DNA of 64,000 nucleotides from Monocercomonoides exilis PA203. Its lineage: Eukaryota > Protista > Preaxostyla. The first letter of the stretch is position 1. Every line of letters starts with the position of its first letter. A program made the position numbers and the translations under genes. A model generated the notes under the pieces. It did not search any database and had not been told where the DNA came from. It saw nothing but the letters and a program-made list of their open reading frames with translations. Positions 20,501-32,999 of the stretch are shown here, in pieces. The stretch lies in the NCBI GenBank assembly GCA_001643675.2, contig LSRY02000005.1, positions 1,674,001 through 1,738,000 on the forward strand. Reading direction: 5' to 3'.

Positions 20501-23500
20501 ATGCACCAAATGGAGAGAAGAGGAAGAGAAGAGAGAAAGAGAAAAGAAGGAGAAAGAAGAAGAAGAGAACAGAAGAAAAAAGGAAGAAGAGGAGAGGCAG
20601 AAGAGGTTGGAGCAGAGAAGAAGAGACAAAGAAAGAGAGATGGAGAAGAAGAGGAAGAAAGAGGAGGAGTTCCGAAAGAGAAAAGAAGAGGAGAAAAGAA
20701 GAATGATCGAAGATATTCGAAGGAAAGAAGAGGCAGCGAGGAAGAAAGTGGAAGATGAGATTAGACAATTTAGACAGATGGAGAAGGAAGAGAAGGAGAA
20801 ACAAGAAAGAATAAAGAGAGAAAAAGATCAGAAACTGAAGATGGAGAAAGAGGCGAAAGAGAGGAAGGAAAGAGAAGAGAGAGAAAGAAGAGAAAAGGAA
20901 GAGAGAGAGAGAAGAGAGAAGAGAGAGAGAGAAGAAAGAGAGAAGAAACAGAAATTGGAGGAAGAGAGGAAGAGGTTGGAGATGTTGGAAGAGGAAAGAG
21001 AAAGACAGCTGATGAAGATGGAGGAGGAATTATTGAAGTTTGTCAGAAGAGTTGAAGAAGAGGAGGCGAGAAAGAAGAAAGAAGCAGAAGAAAGAAAGAG
21101 GAGGGAAGAAGAAGAGAAGAGGAAGAAAGAAGAGGAAGAAGCAAAGAGAAAGCAGAAGTTGGCAGAGATGGAAAGGCAAAGGAAAATTGAGGAGGAGAAA
21201 AGGAGGCAGAAGGAAGAGAGAGAAAGGAAAGAGAGAGAAGAGAGAGAGAAGAAGGAGAGGGAAGAAAAAGAAAAGATGGAAAAAGAGAGAAAGGAAAGAG
21301 AAGAGAAGGAAAGAATCGCAAAAATGGAAGCAGAGAAAAAGGAGAAGGAAGAGAGGAGGATTAAACGGCTGATGGATGAAATAGAAAAGAAGAAGAAAGA
21401 AGAAGAGAGAAGAAAGAAAGAGGAAGAAGACAAAAAGAGAAAAGAGAAAGAGAAAGAGAGAAAGGAAAGAGAAAGAAGAGAGAGAGAAGAGAGAGAGAGG
21501 AAAGAAAGAGAAGACAGAAGAAGAGCAGAAGAAGCAGAAAGAAGGAGGATTGCGCAAGAGGCGAGGGAGAAAGCGGAGAGAGAGAGAGAAAAGATAGAAG
21601 AAGAAGAAAGAGCGAAGCTGTGGCAGGAGACGAGGGACAGAATCGAAAGAGAAGAGAGAGAGAAGATGGAGAATGAGATCAAAGAGAGGGTGAAGAAGGA
21701 GCTGACAGAAAAGATAGAGAAGGAAGAGAGAGAAAAATTGAGAAGGATGATTGAGGAAGAAGAGAATAAAAGAATGGAAGAGGAGAAGAAGAGGAGGCAA
21801 GAAGCAGCGGAGTTGAGAGAGAAAGAGGAGGAAGAGAAAAGAAGGAAGGAAAGAGAAGAAGAGAAGAAGAGAAGAGAAGAAGAGGAAGAACGAGAGAGAG
21901 AGAGAGAAGAAGAAGAAAGAAGAAAGAAAGAAGAAGAAGAAAGAAAGAGGAAGGAAGCAGAGGAAGAAGAGAAAAGATTGAGAAAGCAGAAAAAGAAAGA
22001 AGAAGAAAAAAGAAAGAAAGAAGAGGAGAAGAAGAGGAAAGAAGAGGAAAGAAAACAAAAGGAAGAGGAGGAGAGGAAAAGGAAGATAAAAGAAGAAGAA
22101 GAAGAGAAAGAAAGGATTAGATTGAAGAAAGAAGAGGAGGAGAGAAAAAGAAAGGAAGAAGAAGAGAAGAAGAAGAAACTGGAGGAAGAAAGAAGAAGAA
22201 AAGAATTGGAAGAAAAGAAGAGGAAAGATGAAGAAAAGAAAAAGAAGGAAGAGGAAAGAAAGAGAAAGGAAGAAGAGAAAAAGAAGGAAGAAGAAGAAAG
22301 GAAGAAGAAAGAAGAAGAAGAAAGAATTAAAAGAAAAGAGGCTGAAAGAAAGAGAAAAGAAGAAGAGGAAAAGAAAAGAAAAGAAGAGGAAGAAGAACGA
22401 TTGAGAATTATGGAAGAGAAGAGAAAGAAAGAAGAGGAAGAAAGAAAGAGAAGAGAAGAAGAAGAAGAAAGGAAGAAGAGAGAAGAAGATGAGGAAAGGA
22501 AGAGGAAGGAAGAAGAGGAAGAAGAGGAAGCAGAGAGAAGAAGAAAAGAAGCAGAAGAAAAGAAGGAAGAGGAAGAGAGAATAAAAAGAGAAGAGGAAGA
22601 AAGAGAGCTAATGAAACAAGAAGAAGATATGATTAGAGAGAGGAAGAGGCAACTTTTATTGAAGTTTATTGAAGAGGCAGAAGAAGAAGACAGATTAGAG
22701 ATGGAGAGGGAAGAGAAGGAGAAGAGAGAGAAAGAAGAAAGAGAAGCAAGAGAAGCAAAGGAGAGGAAAGAAAAAGCGGAGAAAGAGAAGAAAGAGAAAG
22801 AAGAAAGAGAAGAAAGAGAAGAAAGAGAAAAAGAGGAAAAGAGGAGAAAGGAAGAAGAAGAGAGAATTAAGAGGGAAGAATTAGAAGAGAGAAAAAGGAA
22901 GGAAGAGGAAGAAGAGAAGAAGAAAAAGGAAGAAGAAAGAAGGAAAGAAGAAGAGAAGAAGAAGAATAAGCAAACCGAACAAAAGGAAAGCAAAAAGAAT
23001 CAAAAAGAACAGAAAACGAAGAAAGAAGAAGAGAAGAGGAAGAAGAAAGAAGAGGAAGAAAGGATTTTGAGAGAGAAAGAAGAAGCGGAGAAGAAGAAAG
23101 AGAAGAAGGAAGAAGGAGAAATTTTGAATGAAGAAGAAGAAGAAGACGATTGGGAGAAGACAGTTGAAGAAGAAGTGAAGAAGAAGCAAGCAGATGAAGA
23201 AGAGAAGAAGAGGAAAGAAGAAGAAAAAGAAGAAAGAAGAAAAAGAGAAGAAGAAGAAAGAGAGCTGATGAAACAAGAGGAAGATATGATAAGAGAGAGG
23301 AAGAGGCAACTTCTTCTGAAGTTTCTTGAGGAAGCAGAAGAAGAAGACAGATTAGAGATGGAGAGAGAAGAGAAGGAGAAGAGAGAGAAAGAAGAGAGAG
23401 AGGCAAAAGAAGCAGAAGAAGCTAAAGCAGCGAAGGAGAGGAAAGAAAAAGCAGAGAAAGAGAAGAAAGAGAAGAAAGAGGAAGAAATAAAAACAAAGAA

Positions 23501-26500
23501 GGAGAAAGATCTTGAAAAACCTGAAGATGAAGCAAAAGAATTGAAAGTTGATCAAACAATTTCAGAAACAGAAGAAAATACTTTGAAAAGCGAAGAAATC
23601 GAGAAATTGGACACAAGTTCTTCTATTTCATCATCTTCTGCTTCATCTTCATCTTCATCATCATCTTCATCTTCATCATCATCATCAACTTCTTCTTCTT
23701 CTTCTTCTTCTTCTTCTCTTTCTTCTCTCTCTGCTTCATCTTCCACTTCTTCCTTCGTTGATTCCTTCATCAAAGAAGAGAGAAGCGAATCTCCAGCCAT
23801 TTCAACACCCATCTCTTCGTTCACAAATGTAACCACACCTTCTTCAATGATGGTTGATAATGCTGCTTCTCCTTTATCTTCAGATTCTTGTTCTTCCACA
23901 TCAATTGTACCATCATCATCATCATCATCTTCTTCTTCTTCTTCCTCTTCCTCTTCCTCTTCCTCCTTCTCTTTATCTTCCTCCCCCTCTTCCTTCGCCT
24001 CCTGCTCCAAATCCTTCCTCCTTTCTCCTTCCCTCTTCTCCCTCACACCCAAACAGATTCTCGACAAAAGCACCAGAAAAGACGGAACGCTTGCCATCAA
24101 CACGTATTCCTCCTTTTTCTCTCTCGTTGGCTCTCTTCTCCCGCCGATTATGGACTTGTTTGACGAAGAAGCAGAAATCTGTGTGAATGACTTGATTCCA
24201 GTGGCTGATGAAGAGTATGTGGATGCTCTGTGCTCAAAGATATTCAACGACCACATCGCGAACAATGGGAATGAGGTGAATGCAGAAGGAAACTTAGCTT
24301 CTTCTTCCGCTTCTTCTTCTTCTTCTCTTCTTATTCCAGATGAAGAGATGAACGAAGAGATGGCGATTAAGAACAGAACGTATTCTGTGACTGATATGCT
24401 TCGGATTGGATCGAAGATTGAAGAAAGCAGCACAGAACAAAAAGAGGAAGAGGAAGAGGAAGAAAATGAAGACGGAGAAGAAGAAGAAGAAGAAGAAGAG
24501 GGCGATGAAGGAGAAGAAGAGGAAAGTGATGAAGAAAGCGAAGAATCAGAAGTGTTTGGAAGAGATGCAGAAAACTATGAGGATGAAGATGATGCTGAAG
24601 AAGAGCAGAACAAGAAAGGAAATAAAAAATCATTAATTTCAAAACAATCGACTAATAACAAGAACAAAAAGAACAATGATGATTTAGACGATGACATGGC
24701 ATTACTTGCGTATTTTGACAACAAAGGCAAGCAGAGTCAACAAGGCAATTCAAATGGGAAAGGAAATGGGAAAGGAAAAGCTCAAGTGAAAGCAAAAGCC
24801 AAAGTGAATGTTAAAGCTAAAGCAAAAACAAATGCTTCTGGAAAGAACAAGAATAATTCTGTTTCATCTTCATCATCATCATCATCTTCTTCTTCTTCAA
24901 AGGGAAATAAAAACAACAAAAACAAACCAGAAGAATCAGAAGATAACTCCATCATTTCTGTGAAGGGAAACAAAAAGAGCAAAAAACCTTCAAAGGGAAT
25001 TCCTCTTTCAAAACCTCTGCCAAATTTCTCTTCTTTGCTTTCTTTCACATCTCGCTTCAAAGTTAATGCGAACTTCTTCTGTGTTCCAGTTAGATCAATA
25101 CACATTTTCTCCTCATTGAAGTCTTCTTCTTCTTCTTCTTCTGATGCTGATGCTCCTCTTGATGCTTCTGAATGGGAAAGAAAAGGAAATCCTTCTTCTC
25201 CTTCCTCTTCTTCTTCTTCAAGATATGATTATCAGATGGAAATGTATCAGAAGAAGAACAAGAACAACAGCATGAGAGGAGGAAATCAGTCAAAAGAGAA
25301 CAAGCCCTCAACTCCGCTTCCGAACAGAGCGGAGAAGGCGTGGAAGACAAAAAGAGAGAAAGAGATGGAGAAGAAGATGAAGAGGAGAGAAGGGACGAGG
25401 AATGGAAGATTTGATGGCGATGATGGAAATGAATTTGAAGGAGAAGGAGAAGGAGATGAAGAAAATGTTAATGATGAGAGAGAGAAAGAGGAGAAGAAAG
25501 AAAATAAGAAGAAGAAGACGAAGTTGGATCTTCTGAAGGAAGCGAAAGTGAATGAGATGAAAGCAGAGAACGAAACGCTCATTGACAAAATTCGCTCTGC
25601 CCTCAACAAAATCTCTCCAGCCACTTTTGATGAGCTTGCAAACGATATCGAAGCAGCACTGCAGACGTATGAGAAAAGACTTGACTTCAGAATGAGGCTG
25701 AAGATGCGGAAGATGGAAAAGGAGAGGGGGAAAGGTGATGTTGAAGACGATGTTGAAGCAAGTTCATCATCATCATCTTCTTCTTCTTCCTTAATTTCAG
25801 ACAATTCATCCTCAGACACTGCACATTTAGACGAAGAGACATTGCTTGAGCTTGAGAAGGAGGCGGAACGGGAGCTGGTGAAGCTGACAGTAGAGGAGAT
25901 AACAGAGAAAGCTGTGTTTGAGTCAAAGTATGTGGCAATCTATGCACAGCTGGCGACACGATTGATGGTCAGTGCGTATGATGGAGAGAAGGAAGGAGAG
26001 AATTCTTCTTCTGCTTCTTCTGCTTCATCTTCATCATCATCATCTTCTTCTTCTCCTCCTTCTCCTGCTTCTGCTTCTTCTTCAAGCTCACAATCGAATG
26101 CTGATAAAGCAGAGACAACTTCTTCAGGGAAGGAGAAGTTTGTATCACGTTCTGCAAAGTTCTTCAAGGAATATCTACATGAATATGTGGATGAAGAGTT
26201 CAGGACAGCCAGGGAAAAGAACAACGAGAAGAAAGAGAAAGAAGCAAAAGGAGAAGGAGAAGACAAAAAGACAGAGCAATCATCATCATCATCCAACAGC
26301 ATGCTCACCGAAGAAGAGAAAGAAGTGATCCAGCGTCTGCGCTTGAAGGGAAACATCAACTTTGTTGGCTGTCTCATCAACTCAAATGCCATGCCGATTG
26401 AAAAAGGGCAGACGTGCATGCAGATCTTGTGGAGCAGAACAACGCCTTCCTCGCCCAATGAAGATGACATGATGCAATTAGCCACATTTCTCACGCAGAT

Positions 26501-28028
26501 CGGGCAGCGCATCAAGGAAGAGGACGAATATGCGTTCAACCGAAACATGAAAGCGCTCAAAATGACCATCGATGCGAACAAACTCACAAAGCGCACGAAG
26601 TTTATGCTGATGGATGTGCTCGACTTGTTTGACTGGAAGGACGCAGCTGCTCCAGTCAAAAGGGTGATTCCAAAACAGACGGTGATGGATATTCCACCTG
26701 AACTGAGGGCGCCCTGGGCGGTTGTGACAGAGACAGCACACAAACAACCAGAGATTCCGCTGCCGGAACTGCCGGGGGAGGCGAAGAGAGGAAGTTCTGT
26801 GAATGTGAAAGCGAATGAGAGTGTGAATGCAAGTGCTCCTGTGAATGCGATGAAAAGGAATGCTAATTTGACAATTTCTCCTTCTCCTTCGTCATCATCT
26901 TCCTCTTCCTCATCTTCCAAATCTTCTGTCTTCACACTTTCTGAGTCTGCCATGAATGCTCTGATGCCTCCACCCGTGCCTTCTTCGTCTGAAGCAGGTC
27001 TCTCCTCTTTCCTCCACTCCCACGCCTATCCTTCCTCTCAGCGGGGTTTTGGAAGGAGAAGAGAAGACAAAGGAGAAGGGAACCCTGCTGCTATGCCTTC
27101 ACTCGGTGCAATTTCTGGTTCATTGGCAAGCAAAACAGACAAATCGAACCCGTTTCCTATGTCAGCTAACTCATTGGCGATGAAGACGTTTAATGCTCAG
27201 CCTGCTTCTTCTTCTTCTTCTTCTTCTTCTTCTTCTTCTTCCTCTGTTTCTGCTTCTCATTCTTCGTTAACATCATCATCATCACCTTCTTCTTCTTCTT
27301 CCGCACAATCAAAGCAAAATGCAGCCAATGATAAATCGGTCAGAATATTGAAGAATTCACAGAAGAAAGTGAGTGAATTGGATATGTTTATGGAAGAGCA
27401 AAGGAAAGCAGAGAGAGAAAAGGCAAAAGCAGCTGAAATTGAGAAGGAGAAGGAGAAGGAGAAAGAAAGAGAAAGGAAAAGGAAAGAAGAAGAAGAAAAG
27501 AAGAAGAAAGAAGAAGAAGAGAAAAGAAAACAGAAAGAAAGAGAAGAAAAACTAAGAAAAGAAATAGAAGAGAAAAAGAAGAAAGAGAAAGAGGAGGAAG
27601 AGAGAAAGAGGAAAGAAGAAGAAGAAGAAGAGAACAAAAAGAAGAAGAATGTTGAAAAGACTCAAAAATCTGACTCTCAGCCAGTGTGGATGCAGAAGGC
27701 ATTGAACAGGGCGAAAAAAGAGAAAAACAATGAAAAATCAGAAAAATCAGAAAAAACAGAAAAATCACAAGAGAAGAAGCAAACAAAAGTGATGAATGAA
27801 TTGCAGAGTTTTCCTTCTCTTCCTTCAAGTCCTTCTTCTCTTTCTTCTTCTTCTTCTTATTCTTCTTCTTCTTCCTCTTCCTCTTCCTCTTCCTCTTCCT
27901 CTTCCTCTTCTTCTTATCCATCTCTTTCAAACACCAAAACAAAGAAGCAAGCTCAGCTTCAATTAGACAGCATTGCAACTCCTTCTCTGCCTTCCACTCC
28001 ACCTCAACAGAACTCTTCTTCTTCTCTT

Positions 28029-28064
<36 letters not shown>

Positions 28065-31000
28065 GCCTTTTCGAAAGACTCTGATTATCCTTCTCTTCCT
28101 CTTCTTCCTTCATCATCTTCATCATCCTCTTCTCCTGCCTTGCCTTCAACACCAACTGGAAGAGAACTGACAAAGAAACAAAAGAAAGTTCTTTTTGCTG
28201 CTGCTTCACAGAAATACTCTTTATCATCATCATCTTCTTTATCTTCTTCTTCATCTTCAAAGCAGAATATTTCATTTCCTCCTCTTCCTTCCACTCATTT
28301 GACCACAAACAGCATTGAGACTTCTTCTACACCTTCGCTTTTGAAACTTACCCCTTCTTCTTCATCTGCTTCATCTACTTCATCTGCTTCTCCTTCTTCT
28401 CCTCCTCTCATTCTGAATCAAATGAACAAACATCAAAAGACTTCTCAATCAGCAAAATCATCATCATCATCTTCTTCTTCTTCGTCTTCCACTTCTTCAC
28501 CTTCTTCTCTTCAGCAGTTCTCTTATTCCACTCCTGTATCTTCACCATCAATGCAAACAATCAATCCATCTTCTTCTTCTTCTTCTTCTTCTGTTTCTTC
28601 TGCTTCATCAACCCCAACCTCTTCCAATCATCCAGATACCCCATCTTCTCTTTCCTCATCAAACTCATTTTCTTATTCCTCTTCTCACTTTTTGTATTCT
28701 CCTTCTCGTTCTCATTCAACTGCATCTTCTTCTTCATCATCTTCTTCCTCTTCTTCCATCTCCACTCCTCTTATCGCACCATCTCCAGCCTCCCCAGGCT
28801 TATTCCAAAGCTCTTCTTTGATTTCTTCCTCAAATCCTCTTCTTCTTCCTCCAAACTCTCAACATCCATTCCATTCCACTTTATCTGCTGGTTTTTCTCC
28901 TCTGATGGCTTCTACGGAACCTCTTTTGCCTGCAATCCCTTCTTCTTCGATTTCTCCGTCTTTTCCTTCTGTTCCTTCTGTTCCTGCTATTTCTCCGCTT
29001 TCTTCTTCTTCTTCTTCCTCTTCTTCTCCTCCAACTGTTGCTACTTCAACAGAACCAATTCTACCTCAGCCTTCTCACATTATTTCTAATCATTACTCAA
29101 CAAATTCATCATCATCATCATCATCTTCTTCTTCTTTGCACATTTCTTCTGACTTCCTTCTCCCCACACCTCCTCAAAAACCTTCAAAATCATCAAAACC
29201 TTCAAAGACCAATCAAAACATACCATCACAGACTTCAGATTCTCTTCTTTCTTTGCCTTTAACAAAGACAAAAGCAAAGACAAAGGCTTCTCCTTCTGCT
29301 CTTTCTCCTTCTCTTTCTTCTTCTTCTGCTTCTTCTTCTTCTTCTTCTTCCTCTTCGTATTCTTCTCCAAAATTGGCAAGAATCAGTTTTGCCTCAGCTG
29401 CCAGCAGAGCAGCCATGTTCAGAGCAGCAGGTGCTTCATCTCCTTCTCTCTCGTCTCCTTCTTCATTGTTATCTTCTTCTTCTTCTTCTTCTTCTGTTTC
29501 TTCCTCTTCCTCTTCCTCTTCATCATCTTCTTCTTCTTCAGGATTACTAGAAGATCCATCTATTCCATTCCAGTTCTCGTACTCTTCTTTATCTTCTGCG
29601 CCTTCTTCTTCTTCTTCTTCCTCTCCTTCTCCTTCTCTTTCAGAAATGACTTCAACAACACCATTGCTTAACTTGCCACAAAAGAAAATAGCACCTTATC
29701 CTTTATCCCCATCTTCATCTTCTCCTTCTCCTTCTTCTTTGTCATCCTCTTCTCCTTCTCAGGACTCATCAAACAGCAACAAGAAGAACAAGAACAAGAA
29801 GAATTCAAGAGATTCTGCTTCTTCTCCTTCTCCTTCTCTTTCCTCTTCTCAATCTCCTTCTCTTCCCAAGTCAAAGCCAAATGAAAAATTCAATGAGAAA
29901 GAGAAAGAAGATAACAAACCAAAAACAAAAGGCAATGCGAAGACAAAAGAGCAATCGAAACAAGAACTGAAAGGAAAACAGCAAATGATAACTTCAACAG
30001 CTTCAACATCAACGCCAACATCATATTCTTCTTCCACTTCTTCTTCTTCTGGTAATCGATCAGCAAGTTCTCAAAAGGGGAAGCAAAAGAAAGAAGGGAA
30101 AGAAGGGAAAGATAAGAAGAATGCAACAGATGCTAATGAGATACAATCTTCAAATGCAAAGAAGGATAAAAAATCAAAGAAGAATTCAGCAGAAGGAAAA
30201 GGAGATGCAAAATCAAAGAATTTCAATGAAGAAGAAAGGAAGAAAACCCAATTGTCTCAAAGCCAACCCACAAAAACAGAAAGAAAAAAAGAAGAAGAAG
30301 AAGAAGCAAAACGTGATAGAAAAAGAAGTTCTGAGAATGATACATACAGTTCAATGACATTACCGTTGCAAACACACTCCATTAACATTGAAGCAAGTGA
30401 TGTTTCAGAAGCAGCAGAGCATTCAGTTCGAGTGAAATCTCCTCTTCACACTCATTTGGAGAGGGAAGATGTGAAGGAGAATGAAATGTTTGGGTTTGAG
30501 GTGGATGAGGAAGACGAGGTTGCAATTGAAGAAGGGAAACTGAATCAGAACCAAAACCAGAACAAGAAGCAGAATGAGAGGAAGAGGGAAGAGATAGAAG
30601 AAGGAATTGAATTCGAAGAGGTGGAAGAGGAAGAGATCGAAGAGATTGAAGAAACTGAAGAAGAAGAAGAAGAAGAAGAAGAAGGAGAGGAGAAAGATGA
30701 ATATTCAAAGGATGAAGTTTCAGATGATTCGAATGTGGAATATGAAGAGATCATTGAAGAGATCATTGATGACTCAGAAGACGAAGATTATGAAAACGAC
30801 AACGGCAAAGAGAATGAGGAAGAGGAAGAGGAAGAGGAAGAAGGAGAAGAGGAAATAGAAGAAATAGAAGAAGAAATTATAGAAGACGATGAAGAGGAAG
30901 AGGAGGAAGAGGAGGAAGATCAAGAAAACACATTTGGCAATGAACCATCTCCTCCAGAAACACAAAGCTCTTCTTCTTCTTCTTCAACTCAGAAACAAAC

Positions 31001-31391
31001 ATCTTTCTTTGGGAGATTGAGGAACATGTTCACAAGGACTCCTTCACAACAGACGCTTTCCCCGGCTGTGGAAAAAGAAGAAGGAGAGGGAGAAGATGAT
31101 GATGAAGAAGAAAAATCCAAAGAAGATTCAGATAAAGAAGATGAGGATGAAGAAGTGGAAGTGGAAGAGGAGGTTGAAGAAGAAGAGGAAGAAGAATACA
31201 AAGAAGAAGAGGAGATAAAAGGAAAAGACAAAGATAAAGGCAAAGGAGAAGAGGAAAGGGAGGAAGATGATGAAGACTCAGTGTATTTTGGAGAGGAGAT
31301 GGAAGAAGATGTGGAAGAGGAGATAATAGAAGAAGTTGTGTATGAAGATGACTTTGAGGAAGGAGAAGAGAATGAAGAAGAGAATGAATAA
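13193..31391 (+). CDS. Giant (~5,986 aa) eIF4G-like MIF4G protein with N-terminal SMI1/KNR4 (SUKH) domain; exons 13193-13196, 13268-13339, 13385-13465, 13518-13536, 13607-31391
   Basis: Four GT-AG introns give the in-frame MEYEDIFRILQ..GLSEQELLDVQKFFGVIFPPDLANFFRFYLPTGNGWVNWR. MIF4G at ~25580-26630 (IRSALNKISPATFDEL, ITEKAVFESKYVAIYAQL, LKGNINFVGCL, KRTKFMLMDVLDL). Also RGG region, poly-Ser tracts, ~1,200-aa E/K/R coiled coil and acidic C-terminus. Confidence 0.85.
22584..23413 (+). repeat. Intragenic duplication of ~170 bp (22584-22756 and 23241-23413)
   Basis: REEEERELMKQEEDMIRERKRQLLLKF[I/L]EEAEEEDRLEMEREEKEKREKEEREA occurs twice. Confidence 0.85.
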
Positions 31392-32999
31392 AATATTTCA
31401 TTATTATTATTATTATTATTATTATCAATCAGAGCTTTAAAGAAGAAAGAAAGAAAGAAAGAGAAGATTTTTTTGAAGAGTTTATTTTAGCACTGCGAAA
31501 TGATGATGATCACCACATTCGCACAATGGAAAAGGTTGCTCAAAACAATCTTTTTTTTTTCTATGTTGCTGCAATTGAGTTTTGATTTCTTTGTTAAAAG
31601 AGAAGGGAAAAATATTCTTTCTTTCTTTCTTTCTTTCTTATTTTATATCTTTCTTTTCTTTTTTTGTTATTTTATGTTTTCTTTTATCTTTTTTTGTTAT
31701 ATTTTTCCTCTTCACCAGGAGCATTGTTCAATGAATTGTTTGATGTTGAACAAAAATTGTTGAATATTTCTCATTTTTTTCCTTCTTTTCTTTTCTTTTC
31801 TTTTCTTTTCTTTTCTTTTCTTTTCTTTTCATTTGTTTTAAAAATGTCTTATTAAAATAAAAGTTGTTGTTGTGCATTCCAGTCTTCATTAATTTACAAT
31901 ATTGTGTATTGTTCTATATCTCTTATTGGCTTTTTATTTTATTTTATTTTATTTTGCTTCATTTTTTTTCATTTTATAATTCCTAATTGATATCCTTCAC
32001 TTGAAAAAATATAGCTTTTTCTAATTGTTATTCTTTTTTTTCTTGAAATTTCTTACTTTTTTCCGCTAAAAGATGATGCTTGATTATTCATTTTTCTTAA
32101 AGTGTTCAATGCGATTCTGTTTTATTTCAGTTTTCTTTTTCTTTTTCTTTCTTTTTTTTTTTAAATGTGCGCATTAGTACTTGTTATATTATATTTCCTT
32201 CAATTTATTTTCATTGTTAAATAAAAATATTTTATTTTTTTCATTTCCTTTTTATTTAATTTAACCAGATATTTTTGTTCCCGGTAATTTTTACACTCTC
32301 CCACATTGCATCAGCACCTGTGTTTTCCACAAAATATTCTTTCTTTCTTTTTTCTTTTCTTTTCCTTTTTTATTTTTTATTAAGCTGACTGCATTTGCGT
32401 TCAAATTCATCATTGCTGTTGATTTCTATTCGTCATCCTTATATTCCCCCACACAATCCATTTGCACATATATATATATTTCCACACGCATATTGTTCCT
32501 TTTATTGAAAGCACATTTGATTTTTCAATAAGTTCACCAATTCACAATTACATAATGTTATTCACTATCATACCAGTCATTGCTGTGCGTTATAAAAATT
32601 ATTCTATTCTTAGACATTTAACTATTGCGTTTTTTAACTAACTTATGTTCAACTCATATTTTTATTTATCCAACTCTTTTTTTTTTTTTTTTTATTAAAA
32701 CTGATATAAATATTTCATTGCATTCTTTTCAAAAAGTTAAATAAAAAAATAAAATTCATTCTACACTAATAAAAAAAATTGAAACAAAGTTTAGTGCAAA
32801 AAATACTTCATTTCATTTCCTAATAGGAAAAAGAATTCATTGATCAAAGAATCAAAATGAATTATTAAGACAATAATTTTTTCTCAACTTTTTTGATACC
32901 CATACTTGACCGTTGCTGGTCTAAGTTCCGAAAAAAATATCTTTTTCTGGGGACTCAGCAGCTTTTAACGGTATTACCTCCGTGCTCCGTTAATATTTG

